A DNA stretch of 50,892 nt, taken from Macrostomum lignano (lineage: Eukaryota). The notes under the pieces are model-generated. The model ran no database searches. It worked only from the letters and a program-made list of their open reading frames with translations, and was not told the origin of the DNA. The translations under genes were made by a program, and so were the position numbers. The stretch is taken from the NCBI GenBank assembly GCA_002269645.1, contig NIVC01004311.1, positions 1 to 50,892 of the forward strand. The letters run 5' to 3'. Of the stretch, positions 48,278 through 50,892 are shown piece by piece; positions within the stretch are counted from its first letter, which is position 1; each line of letters opens with the position of its first letter.

Positions 48278-49893
48278 TATAACTTTGGCCTTCAACTTTT
48301 CCATCAAATATTCCATCAATTTTTCCATCAAGTATTCTGTCAAATTTTCCGTCAACAATTTATTGTTCTGAAAAAACATATGTGACTTTCTCAAATAGGA
48401 TCATCATGCGAGTAGCTCTTTGATCATTTATTGTGTTTGCATGCTTATATATCAATGAAAAAACAAGCTTGCGTTAGTAACAATGTGCATCTTTTCCATT
48501 TTCAAGTTTTTCTAAAACCATATAAACTCGCGAAAATTCATACTAATATAAAGTGCAAAGTTTGCCAGCAAACATCTTTCTCTAAAAGTAAATATATCGC
48601 TAATTCCTTGTTGCAAAATAATCTTTAAGTTGTTTTCTTTCATTTAAATATCAACTTGCATAGTATTAATGTTTGTAATATGCCTATATTTAGACTTCAA
48701 AATTTTGGGCAAAAAATGGTACCACAAAATGTGAACCCGGCATCCAAATCAGATGCTTACTGTATGCTCATTAAGCGACGAAGAACAATAAAATTACACT
48801 AAAACATGTATCATCGCGGCGTGTATGCAGGAAAAAAAGAATTTTCCAAATCGCTTTAGTAGAAGCTGAGTAAAATGCAATTTTCCAATCCTTATGGGAA
48901 TTCCAATGTGTTACCCAGCTTCCAAATCAGATGCTTACTGTATGCTCATTAAGCGACGAAGAACAATGAAATTATACTAAAACATGTATCATTGCGGCGT
49001 GTATGCAGGAAAAAAAGAATTTTCCCAATCGCTTTAGTAGAAGCTGAGTAAAATGCAATTTTCCGATCCTTACAGGAATTTGTATGTTTAAATAATAAAC
49101 TTATGTTGAATACAATTTATTGCAAACGAACTCTACAAAAGAACTCGTTGTCAAGAGTAACAAAAGTGATAAACAAATAAACCCTTGAAAATAATGTTAA
49201 ATATGTTGTAGAATTATAGAGTGTAACATTATAAGATAGTTAAAGTTAATAAAATATATTATTATAGCTTTTCTAGCATTTTCATTCGACTCATTTTAGG
49301 TCGTAATTAAACTTACCGTTTCAACAAATCATTTTATTAAAAATAAAGCTATACGAAAATAATTTGTGCTTTAATAGACTTTTTTACCTTTTAAAAACTT
49401 GAATAAATTTATTTTATAGCTTTATTGCTTTCAAATTGCCAAAAAACGAATTTTCATAAACTTGCCCCGATTTTTGGATTTCACTATGTATATGTATACT
49501 CAACAAATTTAAAGCATGTATAAAAAATTGCAAAGGAAACTGCACTTATGCAAAAAATTATCACTTTCCATTTAGAGAACACAAAATTCTTGATAGAATA
49601 TTTTATGGACTTGCATAAATGTTGATGAAATAGTTAACAGAAAAGTGATAAGATATTTGGTGGAATGTTAATGAAATAGTAAATGGATTATGTTGACAGA
49701 AGAGTTAATGGAAAAATTTAATGGAATACTTGATGGAAAAGTTAACAGAAAAGTTCATGGAATACTTGATGGAAAAGTTAACAGAAAAGTTGACAGAATA
49801 GTTAACAAATAAAGTTATTTATCCTACTAACATGAAAAGTTGACAGAATAGTTGACGGATTAGTTAACAGAAAAGTTGATGGCCAAAGTTATA
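48278..49893. repeat. Inverted-repeat pair built from a 12-bp subrepeat (GATGGAAAAGTT-like); possible foldback/MITE ends
   Basis: TATAACTTTGGCCTTCAACTTTTCCATC (48278 onward) versus GAAAAGTTGATGGCCAAAGTTATA (ending 49893). Subrepeats at 48290-48360 and 49640-49880 are in opposite orientation. Confidence 0.55.
48743..49080. repeat. Tandem duplication of about 178 bp
   Basis: TCCAAATCAGATGCTTACTGTATGCTC... starts at both 48743 and 48921, with few differences. Confidence 0.9.
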
Positions 49894-50513
49894 CTTGTGT
49901 GAAATTGCATGCCATTGTGACAATAAATAGCCTTTTTATAAATTGCATATTGAACCAATTTTGGCTTATAATTTAATTGATTTTTATGCTTTTTAGGCAG
50001 TACTATTTATAGTAGAAAATCAATTATACAAAGATTTATTTAACTACTTTATTATGTGCTAAAAACTGCAAAGCTTGAAATTTATACCCAAAAAATGAAC
50101 TTTCTTTTTTTCTTTCTACTTCACAATAACTTTTTACATGATTATGCCAGGTGTGTATATATACTATTTTTAAGAGTGATGCATGCCAATTATGTACATC
50201 ATTGCATGCCCAATTTTTTTTGGGCATATACTAATTAATTATATGATAAGAGTGTGGCCTTACCCTCCTAACCCACAGAGGCCATGTCTGTCCAGTCACT
50301 GTCCTATACTCTAGAAGTCATACATCATGCCAGAAGCAGAAAATTATGGCATACATTTGATTTGGCCTGAAAATTGTGGTATGCATTTGCGTGTATTTGG
50401 GTATTGCATGCCAAAAGTGGTATGTTGGAATAGCTGGCATAGAATGTGACCAAATTTTTTGGGCATGTATACTACATGATCCGAAGGTGAAGTGTGGGCG
50501 TGTGGCCTAAGTC

Positions 50514-50660
50514 CAGTGTTGGGCAAGTTACTCAAAAAAGTAACTTGCGTTACTGTAACTTAAGTTACCAATTTTTAAAAAGTAACTTACGTTAGCCTAG
50601 TAACTTTAGACAAAAACCTGGTAACTTTTAAGTTACTGTCTGTTACTCACTTCCGTTACC
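50514..50660 (+). mobile_element. Left end of a probable non-autonomous hAT-like element
   Basis: Begins CAGTGTTGGG, followed by many GTAAC/GTTAC subterminal motifs in both orientations. The right end was not identified. Confidence 0.45.
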
Positions 50661-50892
50661 TATGTTATTAACAAAAATTTCTGCTTTTTTTCACATTGCA
50701 CATTTTTTCACATTGTTGTTACTGAAATTTGCCATTGGGCATTGGATTAACCAATTAACAGACAGAGACAGGAATTGGCGACATGATATGAGGCAAGTAG
50801 AAGGACCAATGGGCAATGGCAATCAATAATTAAAATTATAAATGATAAATTAAATGAATATCAATAATTCAATAGAGTAAAATAAATAGAAC

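Overview
Eukaryotic (intron-containing, invertebrate-animal-like) genomic DNA, very rich in micro- and minisatellites. The style is suggestive of a free-living flatworm such as Macrostomum, but this is an inference I cannot confirm. All recognisable genes are on the minus strand: (1) an intronless NPY/NPF-fold neuropeptide precursor ending in an unusual GGWW-amide (568-843), plus a possible frameshifted paralog (2636-3261), with a 5'-truncated LINE between them; (2) a Meis/Prep/TGIF-type TALE homeobox exon (3880-5436) that is splice-phase compatible with an upstream exon encoding three C2H2 zinc fingers (14084-14593); (3) a six-exon, 689-aa PLAT + lipoxygenase-like protein (43585->29330) that lacks one iron-binding His. 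The main discovery is in the last intron of the lipoxygenase-like gene: 11 tandem, sense-strand copies of a 179-nt box H/ACA snoRNA, separated by diverged spacers. Its two pockets match the 18S rRNA sites equivalent to human U1248 (m1acp3-psi) and U1347. The other four introns of that gene each hold a different minisatellite. The last 7 kb is AT-rich, with a CpG-free decayed Ty3/gypsy gag-protease relic and several MITE-like elements.
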